Made by a program: the position numbers and the translations under genes. The notes below the pieces were generated by a model. It searched no databases, had not been told where the DNA came from, and was given only the letters and a program-made list of their open reading frames with translations. Of a stretch of DNA of 34,186 nt, positions 10,695 through 22,199 are shown one piece after another. Every line of letters begins with the position of its first letter. Position 1 is the stretch's first letter. Origin of the DNA: Chiloscyllium plagiosum (taxonomy: Eukaryota); contig NW_025213581.1 of the NCBI RefSeq assembly GCF_004010195.1, forward strand, positions 1-34,186, given 5' to 3'.

Positions 10695-11000
10695 GTATAG
10701 TAGTGTAATGGGTAGTGCCCCTGCCTCTGAGCCATGGCTCTGGGAATCATTCCAATTCCTGAACTTGTTTGGTAGTGTTCCTAGCTCTGGACCAGAAGGT
10801 GTGGATTCATGTCATTCCTGTTGCAAAGGTGTGTCACAGCATTTCATAACAGGCTGATGAACAAACACACAGGAGAATAATGTTACAGCTTTATGGGTAT
10901 TGCCGAGTGATGCTAGTGTCCCTACCTACGGGCACAAAGGTCTAGGTGTAAATCCCATAGAAGTGTTTCATAATACATCTGAAAAAACTGATTAAAATGG
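10695..11000 (+). mobile_element. three adjacent degenerate copies of a short tRNA-like SINE
   Basis: tagtg(c/t)(c/t)cct(g/a)(c/g)ct recurs at about 10712, 10772 and 10914. Two copies have B-box-like ggattcatgtc / ggtgtaaatccc and end gtgt..ca.a..at.t..aa.a..ctgat. Confidence 0.5.
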
Positions 11001-11119
11001 ATTTAGAATTGTGACTTCATGGAGAAGGAAAAGGTGTCAATATTGAATTTCAGAATTTAGGCCGGGATTATTGAAAGCACAGCGATTCGTGTTGGTTGAA
11101 GTCACATTTTTCAGCAGTA

Positions 11120-11345
11120 GCGGTTTATAAAATCCGAACGGTCATGGACAGGGTGAGTAATCAGGGTTTTTCCCCAGGTTAGGGGCGTCCAAAACAAGAG
11201 GACATTGGTGGAAAGTGAGAGGGGAAAGATATTGAACAGGTCAAAAGGGCACTTTTTCACACAGAGGGTGGTGTGTGTATGGAATGAGCGACCAGAGGAA
11301 TTGGTGGAGGCTGGTTCAAATACAGCATGTAAAAGGCATCTGGAT
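11120..11345 (+). mobile_element. CR1 LINE 3' ORF2 fragment
   Basis: KGHFFTQRVVCVWNERPEELVEAGS..KRHLD. Confidence 0.85.
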
Positions 11346-11774
11346 GCTGACAGACCTGCCGAGGATTTCGATCAATCCCTGTATTTGTTTTTTAAAATAT
11401 CATTTTAACACAGGTATTCTGAATACATTAAACATTTATTTTTCATGACGCAGGGACATATAAACATATCTTCAAATCGACCGAGACCATTTTCTGCTCA
11501 GGGTTTGGCTCTGCATATGACAGCAGCAATGATACACCTACATGTAACAGGGAATGCGATGGACACATAGTTTGGAAAATGTACAAGGAGACCTCACATG
11601 GTCCAGTTTGGGAGAGAATGACATTACTGTGTGATTCAACTCAGAGAGGGTGAAATTGTCATCTGCCCGAGAAGAAACGGCCCATTGCACTCTCTCTCCT
11701 TCATTATTCCTCGTCACAGTAATGTGTACGAGCTAAAAAATAAACTCTACAGTCGTCGTTACCATTCTTATTTT

Positions 11775-12100
11775 TATAGAATCCCTACAGTGTGGAAACA
11801 GGCCCTTTGTCCCAACAAGTCATACCAACCTTCCAAAGAGTAACATTCCCATGCCCATGCCCTTACAGTTACCACTGACTAGTGCACCTAAAGTAGAAAT
11901 CGCTGAACACTATGGACTATTTGACCAATCTACCTGAACTATACAGCTTAGGACTGTGGGAGGACACTGGAGCACCCATTAGAAGCTCAGGCAGACAAGG
12001 GGAGAAGGTGTAAACTCCACACAGATAGTCGCCCAAGGCTTCAATTGAACCCAAGTCCCGATGCTTTGAGGCAGCAGTGCTAACTAAAGAGCCACTGTGC
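11775..12100 (-). mobile_element. HE1-type V-SINE, diverged
   Basis: Reverse complement of the 7516-7840 element: gcacagtggc..ttagcactgctgcctca..gggttcaatt..gtggagttt..ctcccacagtcc..gggcctgtttccacactgtagggattcta. Confidence 0.85.
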
Positions 12101-12529
12101 TTCCCTGGAACCTCCTGACTGCCTAATGGAAAGGGAATTCAGCCAAATCCAACTGTTCCAGGATGAAATCCCATTGCTAGCAGCTTGTGAGTAGAATATC
12201 TTGAGAAGCAGATTCACATTTTGGACAATCTCTCACTTTTTCCTTTAGTCATGAGTTTCACTAATATTTGGACAAGGTTATTTCAACTTGAAATTACAGA
12301 GATTTTGTTTATCGTGTGTGTGTGTGTCAGTTGTTTTTACAAAAGGAAATATCGATTCTTTATTTGCAACATCCAAGCATTTTGCCACCATAGTTTGAGT
12401 AACATTGCTTTGGATCATAAACGTGTTATTTTAGCAGATTAAAAAAACTAGCCTGATTTGTTGCTAAAACTGAACTGACCCAGTCTGAAATATCATCTAC
12501 CATATCAACAACCTGGTTACATTTCAGAT

Positions 12530-13850
12530 TTGTTGTGAGCAGTGGAGCAGTGGGACTACAAAAGGAAACAGTGACCCCAAAAGCCGGGGAACTATAGACT
12601 GGTGAGCATAATGTAAATGGTGGGTAAGTTGTTGGAGGGGATTCTGAGGGACAGGATTTACATACATTTGGGAAAGCAAGAGCTGACCGGGGTAGACAAT
12701 GTGGCTTTCTGCATGGAATTTCATGTCTCATTAATTTGATTGAGTTTTATGAAGAGGTGACAAAGAAGATTGATGAAGGCAGTTTGGTAGACATTGACTA
12801 TATGGACCTCAACAAGGTGTTCATAATATTCCGATTCGTCGGCAGATCAATAAGGTTCGGTCACATGGGATACAGAGGAAGCTAGTCACAATTGTCTTGA
12901 AGGAAAAGGGGTATTTTTTATACTGGAGGCTTGTGAGCAGCAGTGTGCTGTAAGAATCAGTACTGAGTTCACTGCATTTCATCATTTATGTAAAGGATTT
13001 GTATATGAATATCGGGGCCATAGTTACTAAGTTTGAAGATGACATCAGAAAGGTGGTATAGTAGATTATCTCAGAGTACAACGAGACCGCAATTAGAAGG
13101 GACAAAGGGGCAAGGCGTGAGAGATGAAGTTTAATTTGGATAAATATGATGTTTTGCATTTTGGAAAGGCAAACCAGGGCAGAAATGATACACTTCATGA
13201 TAAGGTCCTGGGGAGTGTTGTGGAACAAAGGGACATAACGCTGCAGGTGCATTGTTCCTTGAAAGTGGAGACGCAGATAGACAGTGTGGGACAGAACACA
13301 TTTGGCACATTTGCCTTAATCAGTCAGAGCATTGAGTATAGGAGTTGTGGTGGCATGTTGCATCTGTACAGGATGTTGGTGAGGACACTTTAAGAATTCT
13401 GCGTACAGCTCGATTGTCTGCGGAAATTACTTACAAGGATGTTCCAGCACTGGAGGTTTGAGCGTCAGGGAAAGGTTGATTCGGTTGAGGTGTTTCTCCC
13501 TGGAGTGTCAGAGGCTGAGGGGTGACATGATAGAGGTTTATAAAACCATCAGAGACATGGATATTCTGAACAGCCACGTTCTGCTCCACAGGATAGGGGA
13601 GTTCAGAACAAGAGGGCATAGGTTGAAGGCGATGGGGGAATGATTTAGAACGGAACTGAATGTTACAAACAGAGAGAGGTGTGTGTACAGAAAGTGCTGT
13701 CAGAGGAAGTTTTAAAAAATATCTGAAAGAGGAGGGATATTGACCAAATACTGGCAAATGGGACGAGGTCAGATTTGATATCTGATCAGAGAGAGCAGAA
13801 TGTTTTTTTTCGGTTCTGTTTCCATGCTGCATGACTCTGTGATGCTCTAA
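12530..13850 (+). mobile_element. CR1 LINE RT to 3' end, 5' truncated and decayed
   Basis: KPGNYRL, NLIEFYEEVTKKIDEG..VDIDYMDLNKVF, KFEDDIR, MKFNLDKYDVLHFGKANQGR and RLRGDMIEVYK, then a 3' tail ctgtttccatgctg..actct. Confidence 0.92.
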
Positions 13851-13929
13851 GAGGGACGACGAAAAATTCTGAAGGTACCATTCACGTCAGAATTCTCTTC
13901 ACTGGAAGTTTATCGTGTCTGTATTGTTC

Positions 13930-14110
13930 ACATTGATTGAAAGCTGCATTAATTAAATATTTGACATAGAAGTGATTCATGGATAATGGGACGCAGACAG
14001 GAAAGTGAGGCTGAGACCACAACCTGATCAGCCACAATCTTTGGGCCTGTTGGAGAAGGCTCAATGTATCTAATGACCAACTCCTGCTCCTCAATCCCAT
14101 ATTTCTGTGG
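13930..14110 (+). mobile_element. CR1 3' end, decayed
   Basis: ggaaagtgaggctgagaccac..gatcagccacaatc..ggctcaa..aatgaccaactcctgctcct, a typical CR1 3' UTR. Confidence 0.55.
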
Positions 14111-14454
14111 TCCATTCAGCCCCTCAAACCAGCTAGGCAGGAGCAGTTGGAGGGATACTTGCTGCTACAACCTGGTGCACAGAAACAGAGGAGACCATTC
14201 AGCCCTACAAGACTGTCACGTACGCTTTGAGGTGATTTGGGAAATGTAATTGTAAAACCCAGGCTGAGTATGAAAGATTCCCCTCAAATCAACTTGTATT
14301 TCATTTGTTGGTCATGTTGTAGACCCAGATTCACTGAGAATACAGCCCCCAAGACTCACCCAGAGATGGTTCACAAAATCCTCTGATCTTCCTGACTGCA
14401 ACGTTCAAAAGCAGAACATTCATGAAAATAACACCCACTAATTTTCCAACAGCA

Positions 14455-14710
14455 GAATGTGAGAACATCAGAACAGGGGCAGGTCGTTCACTCCCCAAGC
14501 CTGCCTTGCCCTTCACTAAGATCATGACTGATCTGCTCGAGGTCTCAAATCCTCTTTCATACCCAATTCTTCATAGCCCTCAACTCTCTGACAGGTGAAT
14601 ATCCATCGACCTCCTCTTCAAATACTTTCAGTCATTGAGCTCCCTGAACACGCTTGAGAAGCTTAGTCCTGACATTCAATACCACCTGTTTGAAGAAAAC
14701 CCTTGGTGCT
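14455..14710 (-). mobile_element. CR1 3' end, decayed
   Basis: Antisense tail gaacaggggcaggtcgttcactccccaagcctgccttgcccttcactaagatcatgactgatct. Confidence 0.55.
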
Positions 14711-14749
14711 CCTATATCATGGCCTATTGTTGTGAACAAAAAAGGTTCA

Positions 14750-15185
14750 CTCAAGGGGTCAGGTAAAAATGACTGGCCCTGATATCAAGGCAATGGTTGA
14801 CTTCTGTTGACATCAAGGAGCTTAGCAAAACTGGACTTAATCTGAATCAGAGTAACCTCTCCAGTGTTTGGAGTCAAACATGGCTCAAAGGAAGATGTTC
14901 ATCATCTCAGTCCTGGGTCACCTCTGTGGAAGATCCTCAGGGTAGATTCCTCTTCACAAACTTCTTCAGCTGCTTCATCAATGTCTCCCCGCCCCCATCC
15001 TCCTCACCAAAAGATCAGAAGTGGGGATGGTCACTGAAGATTCCACAATGTTCAGAACATTTTGTCCCCCTGTCAGCTACAGAACTGGTCTGTGTCCATG
15101 TGCCGCAAGACCCAGACTCCATGGCGGCTTGTGCTGTTAAAGGGCCTGTAACATTCATGTAACAGCATTGTCTGGCACTGCACAT
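14750..15185 (+). mobile_element. CR1-clade LINE RT core fragment
   Basis: VTSVEDPQGRFLFTNFFSCFINV (GVPQGS..IFSCFIND-like) followed by EVGMVTEDSTMF (FADDC-like). Confidence 0.7.
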
Positions 15186-15199
15186 TGCCACAGTAAAAT

Positions 15200-16175
15200 A
15201 AGGGTTCATTCAGCACCTCATGCTGGTTTCATAGGAAAATGAGGAAGTCATTCAGCGCATTGACTCTATTGGAGAAGAACAGGGACAGCCCATTCAGTGC
15301 CTCCAGCCTATTACTCAGGAAGAGAAGGAGTCTAGTGTGATGGGTGACAACAGAGCACCTCAAAAGTATTTGAAGGCAGTAGCCTAGATTCTAATGTCTT
15401 TTATTTTAAAGGAAATGTAAACTGTCTGATCCAGATGCAATGTGAATGGTCAAACTACTCGCTGTGAAGCAAACCACCATTTATATAAACACGAAAGATA
15501 AAATGAAATCAAAGAAAGCGGAATTTAGAATAACTTAATTCTATTGGCCAAGTTAAAGAATAATGGATCTAGGAACTATTACTAATGAACTGTTCCAATA
15601 TAGGAAACTCCCATAAACGCAGCCCCTGGCAAAAAGGAATATTCAGACACAGATTGTCACAAACATTTCTCCAATCCAGGAATTAAAAACAGCATCAAGA
15701 GAAAATTCAGGGAGAGTAGCAGGAGACATTCACTGAAGCTTCCAACTCTGTTGAGACCCCAATAGTTTCTGATATTGATGAGAAACCAAAACCCAAAGAT
15801 CCTAATGTGTGAGAGATGGCCACATCCATTCAGACTGCATTAAAATAAACCCAAGGCATCCCTCGCTGTTTACTCAAGTAGTCTTAATTAGCCAGCTTGG
15901 TAATGATCATTCAACCTCTCTCTTAAAAGAAAACAGGACAAAATAATCTCTAAAAGCTGCAGCAGCATCACACTTGTCAGCACATCGAACTGTCAAACAG
16001 GAACCAGGGGTCAGGCCTTTGGCCCTGTCCAATTGGACAAGGAAGAAGTCATTCAGTCCCTTGTGTCAATTACACAGAAACAGAATGAGGCCATTCAGCC
16101 CGTTGAGCCACTTATACAGGAACAGTAGGAGGCCATTCCCACCTCAATGCGCTTACACAGGGGGCAGAATGAGGT
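15200..16175. repeat. 41-42 bp degenerate satellite interrupted by a solo LTR
   Basis: cattcag units at 15200-15335 continue at 15973-16175 (ta(c/t)acag at 16071, 16113 and 16154). Confidence 0.7.
15336..15972 (-). mobile_element. solo LTR (637 bp), Gypsy-type
   Basis: Perfect 7-bp terminal inverted repeat TGTGATG...CATCACA, flanked by CTAG and CTTG (4-bp TSD with one mismatch). Homologous fragment at 29531-29805. Strand inferred from the poly(A) signal in that homologue. Confidence 0.8.
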
Positions 16176-17691
16176 AATTGATGCTTATCCTGCTGAATGG
16201 CTTATGCCCGAAACGTCGATTCTCCTGCTGTGCTTTTCCAGCAAACCACTTTGTACTCTGAGCTCCAGCATCAACAGTCCTCACAGTCTCCTACATGGTG
16301 CTCTAACATGATGAACAACGTGGAGGAGAGGCTGCACAGACAGACTGTTTCACGTTGTTTCATCGTGGCTCCATCGCTCATGGTACACACGTGGGACTTT
16401 AACGTGGTTTTCTCGTGGTGAGGAGGGAAGCCACATGTCTTGTGTGAAGTCTCAAGAAGGCATCTTCAATTTCCGAGAAGACAGCCTGCTGTTCTCTGTG
16501 TCCGGCGGAAGCTGGTGGGAATGGCTATCTGTTTCAGATCGAANNNNTTTTTTATTTTAAAGGAAATGTAAACTGTCTGTTCCAGATGCAATGTGAATGG
16601 TCAAACTACTCGCTGTGAAGCAAATCACCATTTATATAAACACGAAAGATAAAATGAAATCAAAGAAAGCGGAATTTAGAATAACTTAATTCTATTGGCT
16701 AAGTTAAAGAATAATGGATCTAGGAACTATTACTAATGAACTGTTCCAATATAGGAAACTCCCATAAACACAGCCCCTGGCAAAAAGAAATATTCAGACA
16801 ATTGTCACAAACATTTCTCCAATCCAGGAATTAAAAACAGCATCAAGAGAAAATTCAGGGAGAGTAGCAGGAGACATTCACTGAAGCTTCCAACTCTGTT
16901 GAGACCCCAATAGTTTCTGATATTGCTGAGGAACCAAAACCCAAAAATCCAAATCTGTGAGTGATGGCCACATCCATTCAGGCTACATTAAAATAAACCC
17001 AAGGCATCCCTCGCTGTTTACTCAAGTAGTCTTAATTAGCCAGCTTGATAATGATCCTTCAACCTCTCTCTTAAAAGAAACCAGGACAAAATAACCTCTA
17101 AAAGCTGCAGCAGCATCACACTTGTCAGCACATCGAACTATCAAACAGGAACCCGGGGTCAGGCCGTTGGCCCTGTCCAATTGGACAAGGAAGAAGTCAT
17201 TCAGTCCCTTGTGTCATTTACACAGAAACAGAATGAGGCCATTCAGCCCGTTGAGCCACTTATACAGGAACAGTAGGAGGCCATTCGCACCTCAATGCGC
17301 TTACACAGGGATCAGAATGAGGTAATTGATGCTGATCCTGCTGAATGGCTTATGCTCGAAACATCGATTCTCCTGCTGTGCTTTTCCAGCAAACCACTGT
17401 GTACTCTGAGCTCCAGCATCAACAGTCCTCACAGTCTCCAACATGGTGCTCGAACATGATGAACAACGTGGAGGAGAGGCTGCACAGACAGACTGTTTCA
17501 CGTTGTTCCATCGTGGCTCCATTGCTCATGATACAAACATGAGACGTTAACGTGGTTTTCTCGTGGTGAGGAGGGAAGCCACGTGTCTTGTGTGAAGTCT
17601 CAAGAAGGCATCTTCAATTTCCGAGAAGACAGCCTGCTGTTCTCTGTGTCCGGCGGAAGCTGGTGGGAATGGCTATCTGTTTCAGATCGAA
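15398..17691. repeat. about 1145-bp tandem duplication separated by an N gap
   Basis: 15398-16543 is repeated as 16548-17691 with nnnn at 16544-16547; a few percent mismatch. Confidence 0.95.
16187..16292 (+). mobile_element. Penelope-like terminus with mutated hammerhead core (second copy at about 17335-17440)
   Basis: atcCTGCTGAatggcttatgcccGAAACGTCgattctcctgctgtgcttttccagca. Confidence 0.65.
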
Positions 17692-17799
17692 AGTATTGTG
17701 GTTGCTGTTGGGGATTGTGAGCAACCTGACGTTCAGTGCGGGTTCACACGCCGACTGAACAATAACGTGGGGAGAGTTAATTAAGGAATATAAACTGTC

Positions 17800-18030
17800 A
17801 CGTTAGACTGGTGAATGGACTCTCTAAGTTCAAATAATGCTAACCGTGTTCATGTTGATCTTGTCTAGTGCACGTCCTGTTCAGTGTAACCTGTATGCCT
17901 TACTTTGTCCAAGTCTATTTCCACCCTATGATCCTTCCGGCCATGCTTACTATGATCTGCCTCCACTGCTCATAAATAAAGTGTTTCCCTGTACTGAGGT
18001 ACACGTGGCAATAAATCAAACCAATCAATC
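17800..18030 (+). mobile_element. LINE 3' UTR, probably Rex1/Babar type
   Basis: Ends tttccctgtactgaggtacacgtggcaataaatcaaaccaatcaatc, a short stem-loop followed by a (caat)n tail. Confidence 0.45.
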
Positions 18031-18361
18031 CTGGGTAAAGTATGGAATTTCTCACCCTATCAATGTCTCTTTTGGAAATAAGTGATCGCTGCCACTCCTC
18101 GTGTTTCAGCATTGCCATTTCTTCGTTTCTCACAGTTCTCCAGATTAAACACTCAGCTTCTTCACTCTATCCTCATGTTACCATCACCCGTGTCTGTGGT
18201 AAGGTGATCATTCCTTACGAAAGAGATCAACTCTGTAGAGAGTGCCCCAAATGCTCTTTCAGCAAGGCTCTACAAAAGCAGGAAGATGGTTTTACTTATG
18301 TACTCGAATCATCATAAAATAAAGGACAGCCTACCATTGCCTACACCCATTACTTACAGAG

Positions 18362-19550
18362 GGTTTGATTCAGAGCAGTCCACATAGACCTGTGAGTGGA
18401 AGATCATGCTTCTCAAATTTGTTTGAGTTCTTTGATGAAGTGACCAGGAAGGCTGATGAGGACAGAATGGTAGACATAGTCTCCATGTATTTCAGTAAGG
18501 CCTTTGATAAGGTTCCACCTGGCAGGCTACTCTGGAAGGCTCCATCACGTGGAATGCTGGGGGAACTTGCCAATTCGTTACACAGTTTGCTTGATGGTAG
18601 GAAGCAGAGTGTTCAGTGGAAGGATGCTTGTCAGACCGGAAGCAGGGTCCATTGCAGTTTGTTATCTATGATTTGGTTGAGAATGTACAAGTTATGATTA
18701 GTAAGTTTGCAGATGACACAAAAGTAAGTGGTATCATGATCAGGGAGGAGGTTTATCAGTAATTACTGCAGGACCTTAATCAGATGGGAATGTGGGCCAA
18801 GAAATGTCAAATGGAATTTAATATAGATGTGTGATGTCTTACATTTTGGAATCTCAAATCAAGGTAGGTGTTTCATGGTGCATGGGAGGATCTTAAGGGG
18901 TGCAGTGGGCAGAGAGACGTTGGCGTTCAGGTGCACGGTTCCCTGAGAGTGGAATCACAGGTAGGCAGGGCAGTGAAGAAGGCTTTTGGCACATTGGCCT
19001 TCATCAGGCAGGATATTGAGTACAGAGGTTGGTAATTTATGTTGCAGTTACACAGGACTTTGGTAAGGCCGCACTTGGAGTATTGTGTTCAGTTTTGTCA
19101 CCTTGTTATAGGGAGAATGTTATGAAATTAGAAAGAGTGCAGAAGAAATTTACAAGGACGTTGCCAGGACCCAATGGTCTGAATTATAGGGAGAGGTTGC
19201 ACAAGCTTGGACATTTTCTTTAGCGTGTAGGAGACTGAGGGAGTCCTTTTAGAGCTGTATAAGATCACGAGGGGTATGGATAGAGTTAATGCTCTCAGTC
19301 TTTTTCCAAGGTTTAGAGAATCGAGGATTAGAGGGGATCAGTTTAAGGTTAGAGGAGAAGGAATAAAAGCGAACCTGAGGGGCCACTTCTTTACACAGAG
19401 GGCTGGTACATGGATGAGCTGCCAGCAGATGTGGTTTGAGGGGGGTACATTAACAACATTTCAAAAGCATTTGGATAAATATGTGGACAGGAAAGAACTA
19501 GAAGGATATGTGCCAACTGCAGGGAAATGGGGTTAGCGTGCATGGACATT
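18362..19550 (+). mobile_element. CR1 LINE RT to 3' end, 5' truncated
   Basis: GRSCFSNLFEFFDEVT..VDIVSMYFSKAFDKVP, SKFADDTKV, KLERVQKKFTRTLPG and LRGHFFTQR..FQKHLDKY. Confidence 0.95.
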
Positions 19551-19759
19551 TACAAGTCGAGTCGAACCCCTTAATATCTGACTCCAACTTTGTAAAGATA
19601 CGCTGTTCCAAAAACCCACATATTAAACATTACATCACACAGATAAATTGCACAATTTGTTCATCTGACCATAACTCTGTTCCTGAGTCACTAAACCTGG
19701 CTTTGAAGGGAATTCCTACCACTGGTGGCAATACTAATACGTCATCCCCACGGGAAATC

Positions 19760-20540
19760 TTCAAAATTTCAGAGTTTTTTTTCTGCCACGTGCTTCATTC
19801 AATGCTATGCCCTTCAGGTGCTGTTTAGCTAAATCACCTACTCCATTTAATCCCTTCCTCACCTCACAAAGATAATCAGAGTGTGAGATCTCTGACTTCG
19901 GTCCTGTCAATTTATATTTAATTAATTCCAAGGGACCTCTCACTTCATGTACGAATATTAACTCAAAGGAAGTAAACTGAGTAGATTTATTTGGGGCAAA
20001 TAATTTTGTCTAATGGCAAACAATTTAATGAGATGCCTTTATTCCAATCATTCTGGTAATCCTGACAGTACGCTGTTAACATGGTCTTCAGTGTCTGATG
20101 CTAACTTTCCAAGACTCCTTGGGATTCAGGATGGGACGCCCTTGATTTGAAGTGCTGTATGCCAAAGCTATCCATGACTTCGTTAAACAGCTGAGCGGTA
20201 AATTGAGACCCTTGGTCAGATTGAATCTCTCTGCGGAGCCCACAGTGTGTAAAGAAAGCTGCCAACTCCTCCACCTCCCTTTTTACCTTAACACTCCACA
20301 ATAGAATTGCCTCTGGAAATCTGGTCGACTCATCCATTATGGTCAGCAAATATTGGTTCCCACTTTTATTTTAGAAAGGGGAGCTACACAACTAATTATA
20401 ACCCACGTGAAATGTTCTTCGAATGCAGGAATTGGCAACAAAGGTGCTGGTTTTAGTACTGCCTGTGACTTACCTACCATTTGGAATGTTTGACATGTGC
20501 AACAAAAGAAAACATATCCGTGTGCATTCCAGACCACTAG
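19760..20540 (-). pseudogene. retrotransposon integrase, decayed
   Basis: FCCTCQTFQMVGK..PAPLLPIPAFEEHF, LTIMDESTRFPEAI, IQSDQGSQF, HPESQGVLES*HQTLKTML and ELIFVHEVRGPL. Confidence 0.9.
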
Positions 20541-20731
20541 AAATGTCTTCTGTACACCCAGGTGACCACCTGCAGTTAATTAATGTGCTACCCGTAACAC
20601 TGTCTGCTACCTCTATCACAATCTGCTGCACTTCGGCCCATTTCCCTTCTGCACTAACCTATCGGGCTCTCCATTTTAGTTTTAGGATTCTATCTTTAAG
20701 TTAATAACATTCGACAATATATTCTGATTCA

Positions 20732-20734
<3 letters not shown>

Positions 20735-20769
<35 letters not shown>

Positions 20770-20786
20770 TGTGTTGTGTGTGTGTA
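20735..20786. repeat. (CT)n-(GT)n microsatellite inside the Gypsy pol region
   Basis: About 15 CT units followed by GT units. Confidence 0.95.
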
Positions 20787-20949
20787 TCTCTGTTGCAAGT
20801 CCATTAGCCTTTCAGGACCAAACCCCTCTGCCTGACCCTCTGCCTGTTCAGGTTTTCTTTCCTGCACCGTGACATCAGACAGGGTGTCAGTTCACTGAAC
20901 ATCAGCTCCTTTGGCTTTTTATTTCCTTTTTCCTTCCTGCTGTAACTTA

Positions 20950-22030
20950 TGACAATGGGATCTTGTTACTATACAGCATGGTAAAATTCCTGGGTATTTT
21001 TCTTATAACTCCCCAATTCCCTAGTTTTCCTTTGACTTCTCCACCACAAGGGGTGCCACTCATACCCTGGATCTTGTTAAATCGTTCACAAGAACAAACT
21101 ATATTCTTGGAACTGACACGCTGTAACTCACTCTCACTGTTACTTCCCCAACCTTGATTTGGCACTCCAGTCTGATGTTACACAAGGGAATGCTTAATTT
21201 CTATCCCCATTCAACAAATTAACACGATCTTGATTAATATGTCAGAAAGAGTGAAAATACTTTCATCTCTCACCATTAGAGGCCGAGAGAAAGTAAGGAC
21301 TGCAGATGCTGGAGATCAGAATTGAAAAGTGTGTGGCTGGAAAAGCATAGCCAACCAGGCAGCATCCGAGGGGCATGAGAGTTGACATTTCAGGCATAAA
21401 TCCTTCATCAGGAAAGTGGGGGGGTGGGGTAAGGGAGCGGGAAGGGGGCTGAAAATAAATAGGAGAGTGGGGTGGAGCTGGGTGGAAGGTAGCTTGGAAG
21501 TCGATAGGTAGATGCAGATGGGGTGTGATGGTGATAGTTAAAAATGGAGGGTGAAGTGGATAGGTGGTAGGACAGCTGGAACCCTCAAACTATACATCAT
21601 CAACGTTGACTTCACCAAATTCCAAATCTCCCCTCCACAACCTCTCCCAGATCCAACCGTTCAACCTAGCACTGCCCTTTTGAACTGTCCTAATTGTCCA
21701 TTTTCCTTCCCACCCATCGACTCCAATCTCCCATCCAATGTATCACTATCACTCCCACCTACATCTTCTTATCGTCTTTCCAGTGACACTCCCACCAGCC
21801 CAGCTCCTACCCTCCTATTTATCTTTCAGCTGCCTTGTCCCCCCACCACATTCCTGACGATGGGTTTATGCCTGATATATCGATTGTCCTGCTGTTCGGA
21901 TGCTGCCTGATCTTTTGTGCTTTGCCGCCGCCTCACTTCTCAACTATTAGAGACTGAGCAGATCCCGTATCGCACAAAATTATAACTTCTTGTCCTTCTC
22001 CCCCTGTTCTTTCTGAGTAAAGTTTATCCA
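20950..22030 (-). pseudogene. retrotransposon aspartic protease split by a PLE insertion
   Basis: VIILCDTGSAQSLIV (to about 21940) resumes as RDESIF..IPLCNIRLEC..FVLVNDL below 21275. Confidence 0.8.
21282..21937 (+). mobile_element. 5'-truncated Penelope-like element with inverted pseudo-LTR
   Basis: Central GTLKLYIINVDFTKFQIS resembles a PLE ORF C-terminus. The purine-rich left arm inverts the pyrimidine-rich right arm. Hammerhead-like cores at 21381-21413 (-) and 21853-21885 (+). Flanks tctcaccattagag and tctcaactattagag. Confidence 0.8.
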
Positions 22031-22199
22031 CAGAGGCGATTTTTTTCTCGAGATCAGGTACTGACTCCATAACCAGCCCCTGCATCGGCTGTGCACTCTC
22101 ATGCAGCTCCTCGGCTCTGCTTGGGGTCTCCTTTACCAGTTTCACTATTGCCACTGGCTTAGCCTCTTCTGCCACATCTTTCCCCAAAGTACCTTCCTT

